32,722 nt of DNA, taken from NCBI GenBank assembly GCA_964588675.1, contig CAZPRG010000003.1, forward strand, positions 1 to 32,722, given 5' to 3'. Below the pieces are notes generated by a model. That model did no database searches, was not told where the DNA came from, and saw nothing but the letters and a program-made list of their open reading frames with translations. The stretch is from an uncultured Ignavibacteria bacterium (GTDB taxonomy: Bacteria > Zixibacteria > MSB-5A5 > SM1-73). Below are positions 7,389-16,784 of the stretch, piece after piece. Position 1 is the stretch's first letter, and each line of letters begins with the position of its first letter. The position numbers and the translations under genes were made by a program.

Positions 7389-9827
7389 CTATATGCTCCA
7401 CCAATAGTTGATCTTCATCAAAAACGTGCTGTTGGGATAGGCGTCGAACATGTCGTTGAAGTCGCGCCTGAATCTGAAGTCGCCCAGTCCCTGATTCCAG
7501 GTATCACGGTTCTGAGTCCATACCAGAAAAAGCGTGCTGCCCGGCCGGTATTCCCAGCGCAGAACCAGGTTGGAGTTGAAGGACTTCCATTTGAAATCCG
7601 GCTGCTGGTCCGCTTCGTCGTATACCGTCTCATCCACGTACTCGAAACCATCGGGTGGCACCAGCTTCTTGAAATTCTTATAGTCCACCGCGGCGATAAA
7701 AGGCTGGGCATAGACCTGCAAGGTCAAGTTCCGGGTAAAGGTGTAGGTGGCCCGGAAAGTCATGTTGAATTGCTCCATATCCTGCTCGCCGAAGATGTCG
7801 TCCGTTCGGTTTCCGTTTTCATCCTCCAGATAGGTCAGCCAACGCGAAACCCCCCAGCTTTTCTGATAGCCCGGACCTGCGCTGAATTCGATATTCGATC
7901 TGGGATGCAGCTCTAACGAGAGGCTGTACGCCCGATAACGTCCATCCCGGGTGTTTCCCATTTCGAAATAGGGATTGATTTGATACCACCTCCGGGCGTC
8001 GGTCTGCAGCCAAATCCACCAGTTCTGCCCTTTGGGTATGGGCGCCGGCGGCCCGCCCCTGGTCTCGCGGTCGGAGTACTGGTTGTCGTAATCGTGCCAG
8101 ATTCCTCCCCCCACGGTCCAGAAGTTCACCAGCTCGATGCTGTTGTTGAAATTCCCTCCCCGGGTCAGCTTCACCCCGGAGAGGTTGTCGGCCCAACCGA
8201 TATTGAGGTTATTCCAGGTTTTTCTGATAATCCACCAGGGTTTGGTGGTGCGGTACTGCACCCAAGCCCAGGTTTCCTTGTAATCGTTGCGCGATAGAAA
8301 GCCCATACGATTTAGGTCCAGACCTCTGTCGAAGTACTCCGCGCTGATCGATCCAAGGATGCGCTCGCCGCCCTCCTTCTGAAACTCGAAGTATCCGCCC
8401 CAGCCGTTCTCCTGTGGACCCGTTTGAGAACCCACCACCTGTCCTCTGGCACGGTAATCGCCGTTATGGAAGCGCAGGGTCCAATCCAAACCTCCGGTGT
8501 AAGCCGGTTGGAAGCTCTGCTGGTTCACAGCAGTTGCCATCACTCCCACAGTCGAGTTCTTCAGAAAGTCTTGCATCACCCGGGCTGCGACATAGTTGGC
8601 CTCCGGCTCGATGACTCCTTTTCTGCGGAAGCCGGCCAGGTCCATGAACTCCGCTTTCTCCTTTTGGGTCACCGCTTCCAACAGGCCGATGGAGGTGCCG
8701 CCCTTGGTCTTTCCGCTGGCCTTTCCGGCAAAAAGTATGGTGCTGGCGGCGGGCCGGTCGATGTAGTAATCCACATTATCCGGCCACCCGGAAGGCGGCT
8801 TCCCGATCCGGCGGGAGTAGAACAGATCCAAAGGGGTCTCGAAGATCTTGAATCCCTCCAGGAAAAAGGGACGCTTCTCCGGATACCAGGTCTCGAAGGT
8901 GGAGAGATTCAGGACCGTCTCATCCTGCTCCACCTGGCCGAAATCGGGATTGACGGTGGCATCCAGAGTGATGTTGGAAGTGATGCCGTATTTGAGATCG
9001 AATCCGGAGTTGCCGAAGAAATCCCGGCCATCGGGATTGCCCAGGCTCTTGGGTTCGGCTTGCTCATAGGACACGGCGTATGGCAGAAGCTCCAGGTTCT
9101 TGGGAGGAGCCAGATTCTTCAGGCCCTTCAGGTGGCCGAATTGAGAAACAAAGCCGCTGACGCTCTCCGGGATGTAGATCCACCGGTCCAGTTCGTTCTT
9201 GCGGGCGATGCGGCGGCTGCAATAGAATCCCCAGACCGGGTTCTCCTCGCAGGCGAAGCGCAGGCAGTGAAAGGGGATTTTGATCTCCGCCACCCAGCCC
9301 CAAGGGGTTATCCTGGTGGCCGATTCCCAGACCGCATCCCAACTGTCATCGCTCCAGTTGTCATTATAGTAATAGCTGTCCTTTTGAGTTCCGGAGGCAT
9401 ACAGCGTGAAGGCGTAGGCGGTTTGGTGGTCGTGGTGGCTGTCTATGATCACATTGACCAGATCGCATTCCACGTACCGATCCCTTCTGGTCAGCCGGCT
9501 GATGATCTTCTCCGGCTGGGAATCGTACATCTCCATGGCCACGTATAGGGCTTCGTCGTCATAGGCCACCCGGACCAAGGTGGATTCAGACTCGGGCTGG
9601 CCTTCGTCCGGCTGATACTGGACGAAGTCTCCCGACGGAGGAGCCTTGTTCCAGAATCCCTCATCCAGTATTCCGTCTATTTGGACGTGGGGGTTGGCTC
9701 TGACCGCGAAGACGCTTTTCACCGTATCTTCATCGGTCTCCTGGGGCCAAGCCAAGATGTGATCCAGAAAGAAGAAGAAAACCAGAAGAAGGACGAGTAT
9801 TACTATCCATTTCCAACTCGGCATCAT
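7389..9827 (-). CDS. DUF5916 / CBM9-like (DOMON-like) domain envelope protein
   Basis: An N-terminal hydrophobic anchor or signal (WKWIVILVLLLVFFFFL) is followed by a CBM9-like segment (VQIDGILDEGFWNKAPPSGDFVQYQPDEG...VRVAYDDEALYVAMEMYD). The remaining ~600 aa are aromatic-rich, beta-type sequence ending in INYWWSI. Confidence 0.65.
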   Translation of the reverse strand: MMPSWKWIVILVLLLVFFFFLDHILAWPQETDEDTVKSVFAVRANPHVQIDGILDEGFWNKAPPSGDFVQYQPDEGQPESESTLVRVAYDDEALYVAMEMYDSQPEKIISRLTRRDRYVECDLVNVIIDSHHDHQTAYAFTLYASGTQKDSYYYNDNWSDDSWDAVWESATRITPWGWVAEIKIPFHCLRFACEENPVWGFYCSRRIARKNELDRWIYIPESVSGFVSQFGHLKGLKNLAPPKNLELLPYAVSYEQAEPKSLGNPDGRDFFGNSGFDLKYGITSNITLDATVNPDFGQVEQDETVLNLSTFETWYPEKRPFFLEGFKIFETPLDLFYSRRIGKPPSGWPDNVDYYIDRPAASTILFAGKASGKTKGGTSIGLLEAVTQKEKAEFMDLAGFRRKGVIEPEANYVAARVMQDFLKNSTVGVMATAVNQQSFQPAYTGGLDWTLRFHNGDYRARGQVVGSQTGPQENGWGGYFEFQKEGGERILGSISAEYFDRGLDLNRMGFLSRNDYKETWAWVQYRTTKPWWIIRKTWNNLNIGWADNLSGVKLTRGGNFNNSIELVNFWTVGGGIWHDYDNQYSDRETRGGPPAPIPKGQNWWIWLQTDARRWYQINPYFEMGNTRDGRYRAYSLSLELHPRSNIEFSAGPGYQKSWGVSRWLTYLEDENGNRTDDIFGEQDMEQFNMTFRATYTFTRNLTLQVYAQPFIAAVDYKNFKKLVPPDGFEYVDETVYDEADQQPDFKWKSFNSNLVLRWEYRPGSTLFLVWTQNRDTWNQGLGDFRFRRDFNDMFDAYPNSTFLMKINYWWSI

Positions 9828-10128
9828 CGGCAGCCTTCGACTTAAAAACGTGCTGTTCGCTGGATTCCCTCTACGATGCGACCCTCAGCCTGCTCTTTCC
9901 CCTCTAACTCACCTTTGTTATACCCGCCTGAGGCGAAGCGGGTTTCATCTTTTCTGTAAGGTCTTACATGTTTTTCTGGAGAGCAGTCTTTTGAGGTGGA
10001 CGGCAGGTCAGGTGCATCCGGCCGGAGCTTGAAAGGACCTCAGTCCCATGGCCGGGTAAACCAGAAGGCCAAATGGCCAGACGCGCGGAGGTGGCTGCCT
10101 GCCGTCCCGTGGGCGAACGGCGCGGCTA

Positions 10129-10157
10129 AGAAAAAGGCCCCGCCAGAAGGCGGGGCC
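10129..10157 (-). terminator. Rho-independent terminator after the C25 peptidase gene
   Basis: The minus strand reads ggccccgcc-ttct-ggcggggcc followed by TTTTT. This is a 9-bp GC stem (10136-10144 with 10149-10157) and it starts 26 nt past the stop codon. Confidence 0.8.
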
Positions 10158-10182
10158 TGTCGGAAGTTGTCTGTCGGCTAGG

Positions 10183-12423
10183 TCAGGGTGAGCAGGGTGC
10201 GGGACCTTCTCTGTACAGATAGTTGAGCAGGTAGATGGCGTCGCCCATTTCAACATCGCCGTCGCAGTTTACGTCTCCCAGGCTGAGAGGATCGGGACTG
10301 GGGCCGGACTTGTACAGATAGTTGAGCAGGAATATGGCGTCGCCCAAGTCGACCTGGCCATCGCCGGTCATGTCCCCGGCCTTGGCCCCCACCTCCAAGC
10401 CGCCCTGAAAAGGCAGGAAATTGTGAGCGGTCACGGTTACCTCCACCTGTCCGGAAGTCAGTGGATCCGGATACAAAGTCACCTGTCCGGCGGCGTCGGT
10501 GTAACCGGTTTCGAACACCTCGGCTCCCTTGTACAGGCATACCAGGGCTCCCGAAACCGGCTGGCTCTGGTCGTCCTCTACCGTGATCTCCACGGTATTG
10601 GGACCGGGGTTCACGGACGACGGCATGTCCAACGATAGCGGCTCCGCCGGAAAGGTCCACACGTCCAGCGAAGGATCTCCCAGAATATTATACACGTCCA
10701 GATAATAGCGGCTCATTCCCCCTCCGCTATAGAATTGGTAAAGCTCGTACAAGGCCCGGTCGGTCATGTTGCCTATGGAGTAGCAGGTTTCCACAAAGGC
10801 GGCCTGGAACATGGCTTTCTCCAGAATGTCGTCCTCGTCCCAGTAGGTGAGGTTGGAAGCGCCCCAGAAGGCTATCCCCCCTTTGTTTGCCACCTTGGCC
10901 CAGGTCTCGCCGAAGCATTCGGAAATGCTGTACTTTCCCGTGAGGCAGGCATGAGACAGGACCAAGGGATACTTCTCGGCGTTGCTCAGATTCCTGACGT
11001 TGGTCTGGTTGTAGGGAACACTGGCCCAGCTCAACTCGCTTCCGTGACCGGAATAGCAGACTATGCTTCTCCCTTCATTTACGGCTGTGGTGATCATGGC
11101 TCCCGATCCGCCCAGGCTTTCCCAGATGGTGTCGCAGATCATTCCGTTGGGAAGCACGTAATTTTCCATCACATAGTCATGCGTATCCTCCGCAAAGCCG
11201 CTCAGATCTTCGGCGGCGATGAAACAGGCTTTCTGCATCCAGGACAAATCGGAGGAGGTGGGGTTCTCATAGTACATGATCTTGGCAATCATGTCGGTCG
11301 CCTCGGCAAGCGATCTGGCCGGCAGACGGCCGCGAAAGATGTCGCCTAAGTAGTTGGGATCCATCTTGACATAATACAAATCCGTGGGAGCCCCCGAGCT
11401 GTAGCTGCCGCTCCAGGCAGGAATGTAATCGGTGTCGCCCACGAACAGAACGTAGGTAGGGGGAACCTCCCAGTTATCGTAGGCTTCCTGTATGTATGCT
11501 TTGATCTCCGCAGTTGTCGATCCGATTTGCGGAACCTGGGCCACGGTCACCTGAAACCCTTTGCGTGTTTTCCATTCGACCAGAGGCGCCAGGCTGGCAT
11601 AGAAGTTCTGGTGGGTTATGATCAGGTATCCCAGGGGCACCGGCGGAGCGCTCTTGACAAGCGGCGCATAGGTGGCGTAGTTGACGAACGATTCCCGGCA
11701 GAGCTTTTCAAAAGGCGTGGAGGCATATCGATAAAGCTGTTGTTCGGTTTTGGCCAGGTCCGCGCCGGAGAGCGCAACCCTGATCTGCATCCGGGAATAA
11801 ATCCGGATGAGCCCCTTCTGCGGGTTGTAGCTGACCGGATACAGAAGAACGGTGGCAAAGCGGTGGCCGCGGATGACGCCCACCTCACCCAGCTTGACCC
11901 GCTCCTCCGGAAGAAAGGCATCCTTTTGGTAGGCGGCTTCCTGGATTACGAACTGCGCCTGCTGCCCGGCGCCCGCGATCTTGGGCCGGGGAGGCTGCAC
12001 CGGTGCTATCCTTTGGGCCAGGCCCAGTTCCGTCAGGTTTTTCTCCACCACCTGGTAGCTTTCCAGACTGACGCTGACCTCCGCTCCAAAGGGAATCTGT
12101 ACGGTTTTGCTTATCACCGGCAGGTTCGGCTCACCCACGGCCGTGCCGGCTCCCGCATCGGTGATGGACAGCAGGGAAAAATCGCCGGCCGAGGTCGTCA
12201 GAGTCTGCGACCACATTCCCGGAATCTCCAAATCAAAGCTGATTCGGCTGAAATCCGATTCCAGCAGGCTGGCTCGCGGTAGCCGGTCCGCTGCCGGAGA
12301 CAATGGGATCCAGGAAGCCTGAGCCTCGGCCCAGGCAGGGCCGGAGAAACCGAAAAACAAGCACATCGCCAGCGAAGAGAACGCCAGGATGCGGATTATG
12401 GCTGAACTTCTGGCCACGGTCAC
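10183..12423 (-). CDS. Secreted peptidase C25 (gingipain-like cysteine peptidase) with Ig-like domain and C-terminal dockerin-type module
   Basis: The GTG start is preceded by AAGGAGG at 6 nt, and there is a signal peptide (...GFSGPAWA/EA). The C25 core includes YLIITHQNFYASLAPLVEWKTRKGFQV and YVLFVGDTDYIPAW. The catalytic contexts are YSGHGSE (His) and LVLSHACLTGKY (Cys). The dockerin tail is listed separately. Confidence 0.85.
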   Translation of the reverse strand: MTVARSSAIIRILAFSSLAMCLFFGFSGPAWAEAQASWIPLSPAADRLPRASLLESDFSRISFDLEIPGMWSQTLTTSAGDFSLLSITDAGAGTAVGEPNLPVISKTVQIPFGAEVSVSLESYQVVEKNLTELGLAQRIAPVQPPRPKIAGAGQQAQFVIQEAAYQKDAFLPEERVKLGEVGVIRGHRFATVLLYPVSYNPQKGLIRIYSRMQIRVALSGADLAKTEQQLYRYASTPFEKLCRESFVNYATYAPLVKSAPPVPLGYLIITHQNFYASLAPLVEWKTRKGFQVTVAQVPQIGSTTAEIKAYIQEAYDNWEVPPTYVLFVGDTDYIPAWSGSYSSGAPTDLYYVKMDPNYLGDIFRGRLPARSLAEATDMIAKIMYYENPTSSDLSWMQKACFIAAEDLSGFAEDTHDYVMENYVLPNGMICDTIWESLGGSGAMITTAVNEGRSIVCYSGHGSELSWASVPYNQTNVRNLSNAEKYPLVLSHACLTGKYSISECFGETWAKVANKGGIAFWGASNLTYWDEDDILEKAMFQAAFVETCYSIGNMTDRALYELYQFYSGGGMSRYYLDVYNILGDPSLDVWTFPAEPLSLDMPSSVNPGPNTVEITVEDDQSQPVSGALVCLYKGAEVFETGYTDAAGQVTLYPDPLTSGQVEVTVTAHNFLPFQGGLEVGAKAGDMTGDGQVDLGDAIFLLNYLYKSGPSPDPLSLGDVNCDGDVEMGDAIYLLNYLYREGPAPCSP
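10186..10377 (-). other. Dockerin type-I-like double EF-hand module (domain within the C25 CDS)
   Basis: There are two 22-residue repeats with the Ca-loop pattern DxxxDGxxxxxD: DMTGDGQVDLGDAIFLLNYLYK and DVNCDGDVEMGDAIYLLNYLYR. The DNA segment gtacagatagttgagcagg occurs twice (10211-10229 and 10312-10330). Confidence 0.75.
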
Positions 12424-12603
12424 GGTGAACCTCCTTCAGGGTTAATCGGTCGAAAAACGGTTTTCTTTGATTTGCATAATCAAGACGGAATCCATCTTTT
12501 TTATACGTTAAAATCCGGTCCGATGCAAGTCCGGTAATACTAACCCCGAATACCACAGCCGGGTCGGTCTGACGGAAGGGCGCTGGGAGCTGCCGCCCCA
12601 GCC

Positions 12604-12637
12604 AAAAAGGCCAGGGAAATAAATCCCTGGCCTTTTG
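12604..12637 (-). terminator. Rho-independent terminator after the esterase-like gene (hairpin flanked by A and T runs)
   Basis: The stem ggccaggga (12609-12617) pairs with tccctggcc (12624-12632) around a 6-nt loop. On the minus strand a TTTTT run follows. It separates the FadL/esterase operon from the C25 gene. Confidence 0.75.
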
Positions 12638-12676
12638 TATGTTCGGTGCGGCCGGTTGTGGCCTGAAGTCACCAGA

Positions 12677-13909
12677 TCACTGCATTCGATAGGCGGGCGG
12701 GGGGAAATGTTCGGAATGAAATTTCAGAACATCCACCAGCCGGTCGTGTATGAAACTATCGTGCCGCGCCGGATAACCCGGATACCCGCTGTACTCCACG
12801 TAGGTGTTTTCCTTTCCGAAAAGGGAAAGCAATTGGCTGAAAGCTCGGGCGCCCTGGTACAGTTTGAAATCATCCCGATCCCCGCATTCCAAGTACATGC
12901 CCAGCTCTCCAAACGCCGAGGGATGGTTGGCCAGCCTGGTCTTCATATCGTGCAGCAGCCATTGGTTCCAAACCGGGGAACCGGGGGGAATGGCGTGGGT
13001 CGAGTCGAAGGGCAGATCCACGCCCCGCGGCTCGCCGTCTATGGTGCCCAGGTAAATGAAATTGGTGGTGTCCGGATTGCTCGGCAGGTGAGGCGAGAAG
13101 GCCGCCGCCATGGCAAAGACCAACTGGCTGTATGTTTTATCGGGATGAAGATCGTCGGTCCAGGGATTCAGCGATTTGTAGCTGGCGTAGGAGAGATCAC
13201 CCGAGCCAAAGCCGTTCTCCTCATAAACCTTATCGATGACCTCCCGTGTGAGGAAGGACTCCAGGGAGGCGTAAGGGCTCATGGCGCTTACGGCCGTGAA
13301 CTTGTCGGAATAATCCATGGCGATCTTCAAGGCGCCATATCCCCCCATGCCCAACCCGCTGATAGCCCGGTATCGGGGATCGGGAATCCAGGTGTCCTGG
13401 GGCTTGGTACCGTAAGTGTGAAAGCTGTTATCGACGACGGTCATAACCTCATCCACGATGTAATCCTCATAATCGCCCAGCAGGTAGGAATCGGTGTAGA
13501 AGCTGCCTCCGGCAAAAAGGGATGAGGCATCCGGAAACACGATGATCATCGGCTGTATTTGGCCCTCGTCGATGAGCTGATCGGCCACCTGCACGATCTT
13601 ATACACGTCGACGAAGCTGGTGTTGTCCGTGCCGAAGTCGTGAAGCATATAAAGGACCGAGAACCCTTGGTTGATCAGACCGGGCTGATGTATCTGGATG
13701 TTGTACACCGGCGGCAGGTAGACGATGATGCTGCGTATGAAGGGATCGCCCACCAGGTTCCCCTTGAGGGACTCAAACTCCACGTTGGCCACGGTCCAGG
13801 GATCGTGGTAAGGGTAGCTGGCCCTGACGGGATTCTCCCGCCTGCTGCAGCCAGCCAGAAGTGCCGGGACCACAAGAGCCAGAGAGAATCCGATCAGTAT
13901 CTTTTTCAT
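12677..13909 (-). CDS. Esterase-D / 'putative esterase' fold lipoprotein lacking the serine nucleophile
   Basis: A lipobox-like signal (LLAGC) is present. The family layout includes IIVYLPP...SVLYMLHDFG...MIIVFPD...RAISGLGMGGYGALKIAMDYSDKFTAVSAMSP. The canonical G-x-S-M-G-G box reads G-L-G-M-G-G here, with Gly187 encoded by ggc at 13349-13351. Confidence 0.8.
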   Translation of the reverse strand: MKKILIGFSLALVVPALLAGCSRRENPVRASYPYHDPWTVANVEFESLKGNLVGDPFIRSIIVYLPPVYNIQIHQPGLINQGFSVLYMLHDFGTDNTSFVDVYKIVQVADQLIDEGQIQPMIIVFPDASSLFAGGSFYTDSYLLGDYEDYIVDEVMTVVDNSFHTYGTKPQDTWIPDPRYRAISGLGMGGYGALKIAMDYSDKFTAVSAMSPYASLESFLTREVIDKVYEENGFGSGDLSYASYKSLNPWTDDLHPDKTYSQLVFAMAAAFSPHLPSNPDTTNFIYLGTIDGEPRGVDLPFDSTHAIPPGSPVWNQWLLHDMKTRLANHPSAFGELGMYLECGDRDDFKLYQGARAFSQLLSLFGKENTYVEYSGYPGYPARHDSFIHDRLVDVLKFHSEHFPPPAYRMQ

Positions 13910-13945
13910 CTTTGCTCCTTTTCTTCGATTCGAAGTTATCCCGAT

Positions 13946-15346
13946 TTAGAACCGATAGGTGAACGACAGCCCGGAGCAGAAAAAGAGCATCTTGTACTGG
14001 CCGGGCATGTTGTCGAAGCGGTCGTCGTTATTTACATCCTCAAGATTTTCTATGTCTCTTGTCTGGTACGTGGCCATCTGGAGGTCATATCCCAACTCGA
14101 ACGAGTCGACCTGATAGGACAAACCCAGATTGATGCTGTTCTTGTTTCCGACGTCCGGTATGAGCACGGTGAAGGTGTTGTCGGGAATGGGGGACCCCTC
14201 GAAGAAATATCCCCCGCGAAGGAACAGGTCTTCCTTCAGGGCGTATTCGGCCCCCAGGCTGAACCTGGTTATGTTTTTCCAGTTGAAGGGCAGCGTGGTA
14301 TTCAGAAGGGCAACATAAATAGTGTCATGCTGGCTGGGAACCAGCGTCTGGTCGGTGATGTCCAAGGACTCCAGACGGGACCAATTGGTGGAGCTGACGT
14401 CGGAAGTGAGAGTGAGCCGCTCCAGAGGCTTGTACATTATCCCGAAGCCGATCTCACCGGGGAGATTCAGGGTGGTTTCGTAATTCCCATCGCGGTAATA
14501 GGTGGTGCCGCCCAAGATCTGCGAATTGGGGATCACCGGCCAGTAGAGCTCCAACTCCACGTCTCCCGAAAGGCTGATGTCCACCGGACTTTGATAGGAA
14601 AGCCCGAACTGCAGCTTGGGGCTGGCTTTGTACAGCACCCCGGCATTGAATCCCAGTCCCCAACCATCCGTCTTCAGGCGTGAATCCTCGGGCCAGTAGT
14701 CGTATGGCCGGGGCAGGGTGGAGACGGGAATCAGCACGGTCCTTTGCAATTCGAAGTCGGCCCTCTGGATGCTTATGCCCAAACCCAAAGAGAGCCTGTC
14801 TTCCATGAAAGATTTGGCCACGGTGGGATGCAGGTCCCAGACCAGGATGTCCGTTCGATGATCGAACTTGGGATAAGGCACGTCGTTGTCGAAGCCGGAA
14901 GGCGGTTTATAGAGATTCCACTGGGCCTCCAGCTTGTATGGCACGAAGAAAGCCACCCCGGCCGTAAATTCCTCTATCTGGGGAAACTTGTGGAACCCGG
15001 AAAAGCTGGGAAGAAAAAAGGCGCGATCGTCCGGATAGTATTTTTCCGCGGGATAGCCGAAGGAATAGCTATAGCCGGCTTCACCCTCGCTTACCCGGGG
15101 AGTGTACTGCGGTCGGAAGTTCAGGGTGTAGAGGTTCATGCTGAACTCGGAATTGGGAAGATAAGCCAAGCCTGCCGGATTCCAGAAGGCGGCGCTCCAA
15201 TCGTCGGCCAGCGCTCTGAAGGCTCCTCCCAGGTTGAGGGCCTTGGAACCCACTCCGGGCAAGGCGAAACCACCCCCGGCCAGGGAGGAAGCGGTGCAGG
15301 CAAGCAGGAAAAAGACCAACCATAGAAAGACACGCCGACTCTTCAT
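13946..15346 (-). CDS. FadL/TodX/OMPP1-family outer-membrane transporter for hydrophobic compounds
   Basis: A signal peptide is followed by the family N-terminal motif GVGSKALNLGGAFRALADDWSAAFWNPAGLAY. The rest shows beta-barrel alternation and the C-terminus is FTYRF. The gene lies 36 nt upstream of the esterase-like gene on the same strand. Confidence 0.8.
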   Translation of the reverse strand: MKSRRVFLWLVFFLLACTASSLAGGGFALPGVGSKALNLGGAFRALADDWSAAFWNPAGLAYLPNSEFSMNLYTLNFRPQYTPRVSEGEAGYSYSFGYPAEKYYPDDRAFFLPSFSGFHKFPQIEEFTAGVAFFVPYKLEAQWNLYKPPSGFDNDVPYPKFDHRTDILVWDLHPTVAKSFMEDRLSLGLGISIQRADFELQRTVLIPVSTLPRPYDYWPEDSRLKTDGWGLGFNAGVLYKASPKLQFGLSYQSPVDISLSGDVELELYWPVIPNSQILGGTTYYRDGNYETTLNLPGEIGFGIMYKPLERLTLTSDVSSTNWSRLESLDITDQTLVPSQHDTIYVALLNTTLPFNWKNITRFSLGAEYALKEDLFLRGGYFFEGSPIPDNTFTVLIPDVGNKNSINLGLSYQVDSFELGYDLQMATYQTRDIENLEDVNNDDRFDNMPGQYKMLFFCSGLSFTYRF

Positions 15347-15441
15347 CTCTCACCTCATCCTTTTTTGATGTTACCAGCCGCGTTCGATTGCTCCTTCGCG
15401 CCCGGCGAGAAGAACGCACACCGCCCCGCCGAGATTTTCCA

Positions 15442-15470
15442 AAATTAAGACACGTCCCCACCTTTGTCAA
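15442..15470 (-). promoter_or_regulatory. Sigma70-like promoter candidate for the FadL/esterase operon
   Basis: The minus strand reads TTGACA (15470-15465), a 17-nt spacer, then TAATTT (15447-15442). The -10 box lies about 95 nt upstream of the start codon at 15346. Confidence 0.45.
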
Positions 15471-15762
15471 CCGTTTTTTTGTAAAATCGAAGCTGCTGCC
15501 GGCGGCGGAGAGTCCGACCCCCCGACTTGACCTAAAAACAGAGGAACCATCCGTCACCCCCCGCCCGAAAGCCAGCCCCTCTCCCGGAGGGTAACAAAGA
15601 GACTCGACAGCCCTTCTTACCTGAACAAGCGGATGGGGTAGTTTCCGGGAAGGAATGACATTCCGGCCCGGTTCCTGCCGATGAAAAGGACTTGGTTCTG
15701 CGCAAGGTCGCGCTTATATTGACGGGCTGAGTCGACCCTCTTGATAGGTAGGTGGCCCGGAC

Positions 15763-16554
15763 ATGAGAAGGAAGAAGCAGGATTTCGAGGATCTGGTCGG
15801 ATTGATGGCCCGGCTCAGGTCCAAAGACGGATGCCCCTGGGACCGGGAGCAAACCCACCAGTCGCTTCGACCCTATTTGATCGAAGAATCCTACGAGGTT
15901 TTAGATACCATCGAAGCCCGGGACCATCAAAGGTTGAAGGAGGAATTGGGGGATCTGCTTTTGCAGATCGTTTTTCACGCCCAGATAGCCCGGGAGAGCC
16001 GGGAATTCGACATATACCAGGTGATAGGATTTCTGGTGGGGAAACTGAAGGCCCGACATCCCCACGTTTTCGGAAAGAAGAAACGCGCCTCCAAAGAGGA
16101 GGTTCTGAGAAACTGGGAGCACATAAAGCTCACCACCGGCAGGGCTGGGGATAAAACGGTTCTCTCCGGCATACCCCGGCACCTGCCCGCCCTGCTGAAA
16201 GCTCATCGGGTTCAGGAGAAGGTGGCCCGCTTCGACTTCGATTGGGAGAGTGCCTCGGAGGTTTTCTCTAAAATCGAAGAGGAGATCGAGGAGTTGAAAA
16301 AGGCTCTAAGCCGGCGCAAGGCAAAACCCGACGAAATCGAAGAAGAGCTGGGCGATGTCCTTTTTTCCTGGGTGAATCTTTCCCGGCACCTCAAGGTCAA
16401 TCCCGAATTCGCCCTGCGAAGGACCATCGACAAGTTCGTCAGAAGGTTCAACTACTTGGAGAAAGAGCTCAGGCGAAGAAAGATCCCGCTGAAGGACGCC
16501 GGGCTGGCTCTGATGGACTCCCTGTGGGATGAGGCCAAAGAATCGGGCATCTGA
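15763..16554 (+). CDS. mazG: Nucleoside triphosphate pyrophosphohydrolase MazG (two MazG domains)
   Basis: Motifs are LRSKDGCPWDREQTHQSLRPYLIEESYEVLDTIE and EELGDLLLQIVFHAQIA in domain 1, and EELGDVLFSWVNLSRHL in domain 2. Confidence 0.92.
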   Translation: MRRKKQDFEDLVGLMARLRSKDGCPWDREQTHQSLRPYLIEESYEVLDTIEARDHQRLKEELGDLLLQIVFHAQIARESREFDIYQVIGFLVGKLKARHPHVFGKKKRASKEEVLRNWEHIKLTTGRAGDKTVLSGIPRHLPALLKAHRVQEKVARFDFDWESASEVFSKIEEEIEELKKALSRRKAKPDEIEEELGDVLFSWVNLSRHLKVNPEFALRRTIDKFVRRFNYLEKELRRRKIPLKDAGLALMDSLWDEAKESGI

Positions 16555-16784
16555 GGTATCCGCAGCCGAAGGGGAAAAAGACCGGCCGGTTCCCGCGTCA
16601 AAGCATGTCCTTTGGATCACAGGGGAGCCCCTTGGGCCGGTTAAAGGTCTGGTGAACAAAGCCGACAAGAATAGGGGTGGGTGTAGGGTACAGAAGGGGA
16701 TGGCCTGGTGCGGGGAGGGAGGATAATATCCATCCCAAGCCCGGACCGGAATAGGCCGGCAGCAGTTCCGGAGAGCATTATCCA

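Noticed and set aside
8424-9548. 374-aa plus-strand ORF inside the DUF5916 gene; similar plus-strand ORFs at 12635-13525 and 13559-14683 opposite the esterase and FadL genes, and at 10735-11349 and 11527-12282 opposite the C25 gene
   Set aside because: All are antisense to CDSs that have signal peptides and family motifs. Their products are low-complexity (Gly/Leu/Arg/His/Val) and lack start-site signals.
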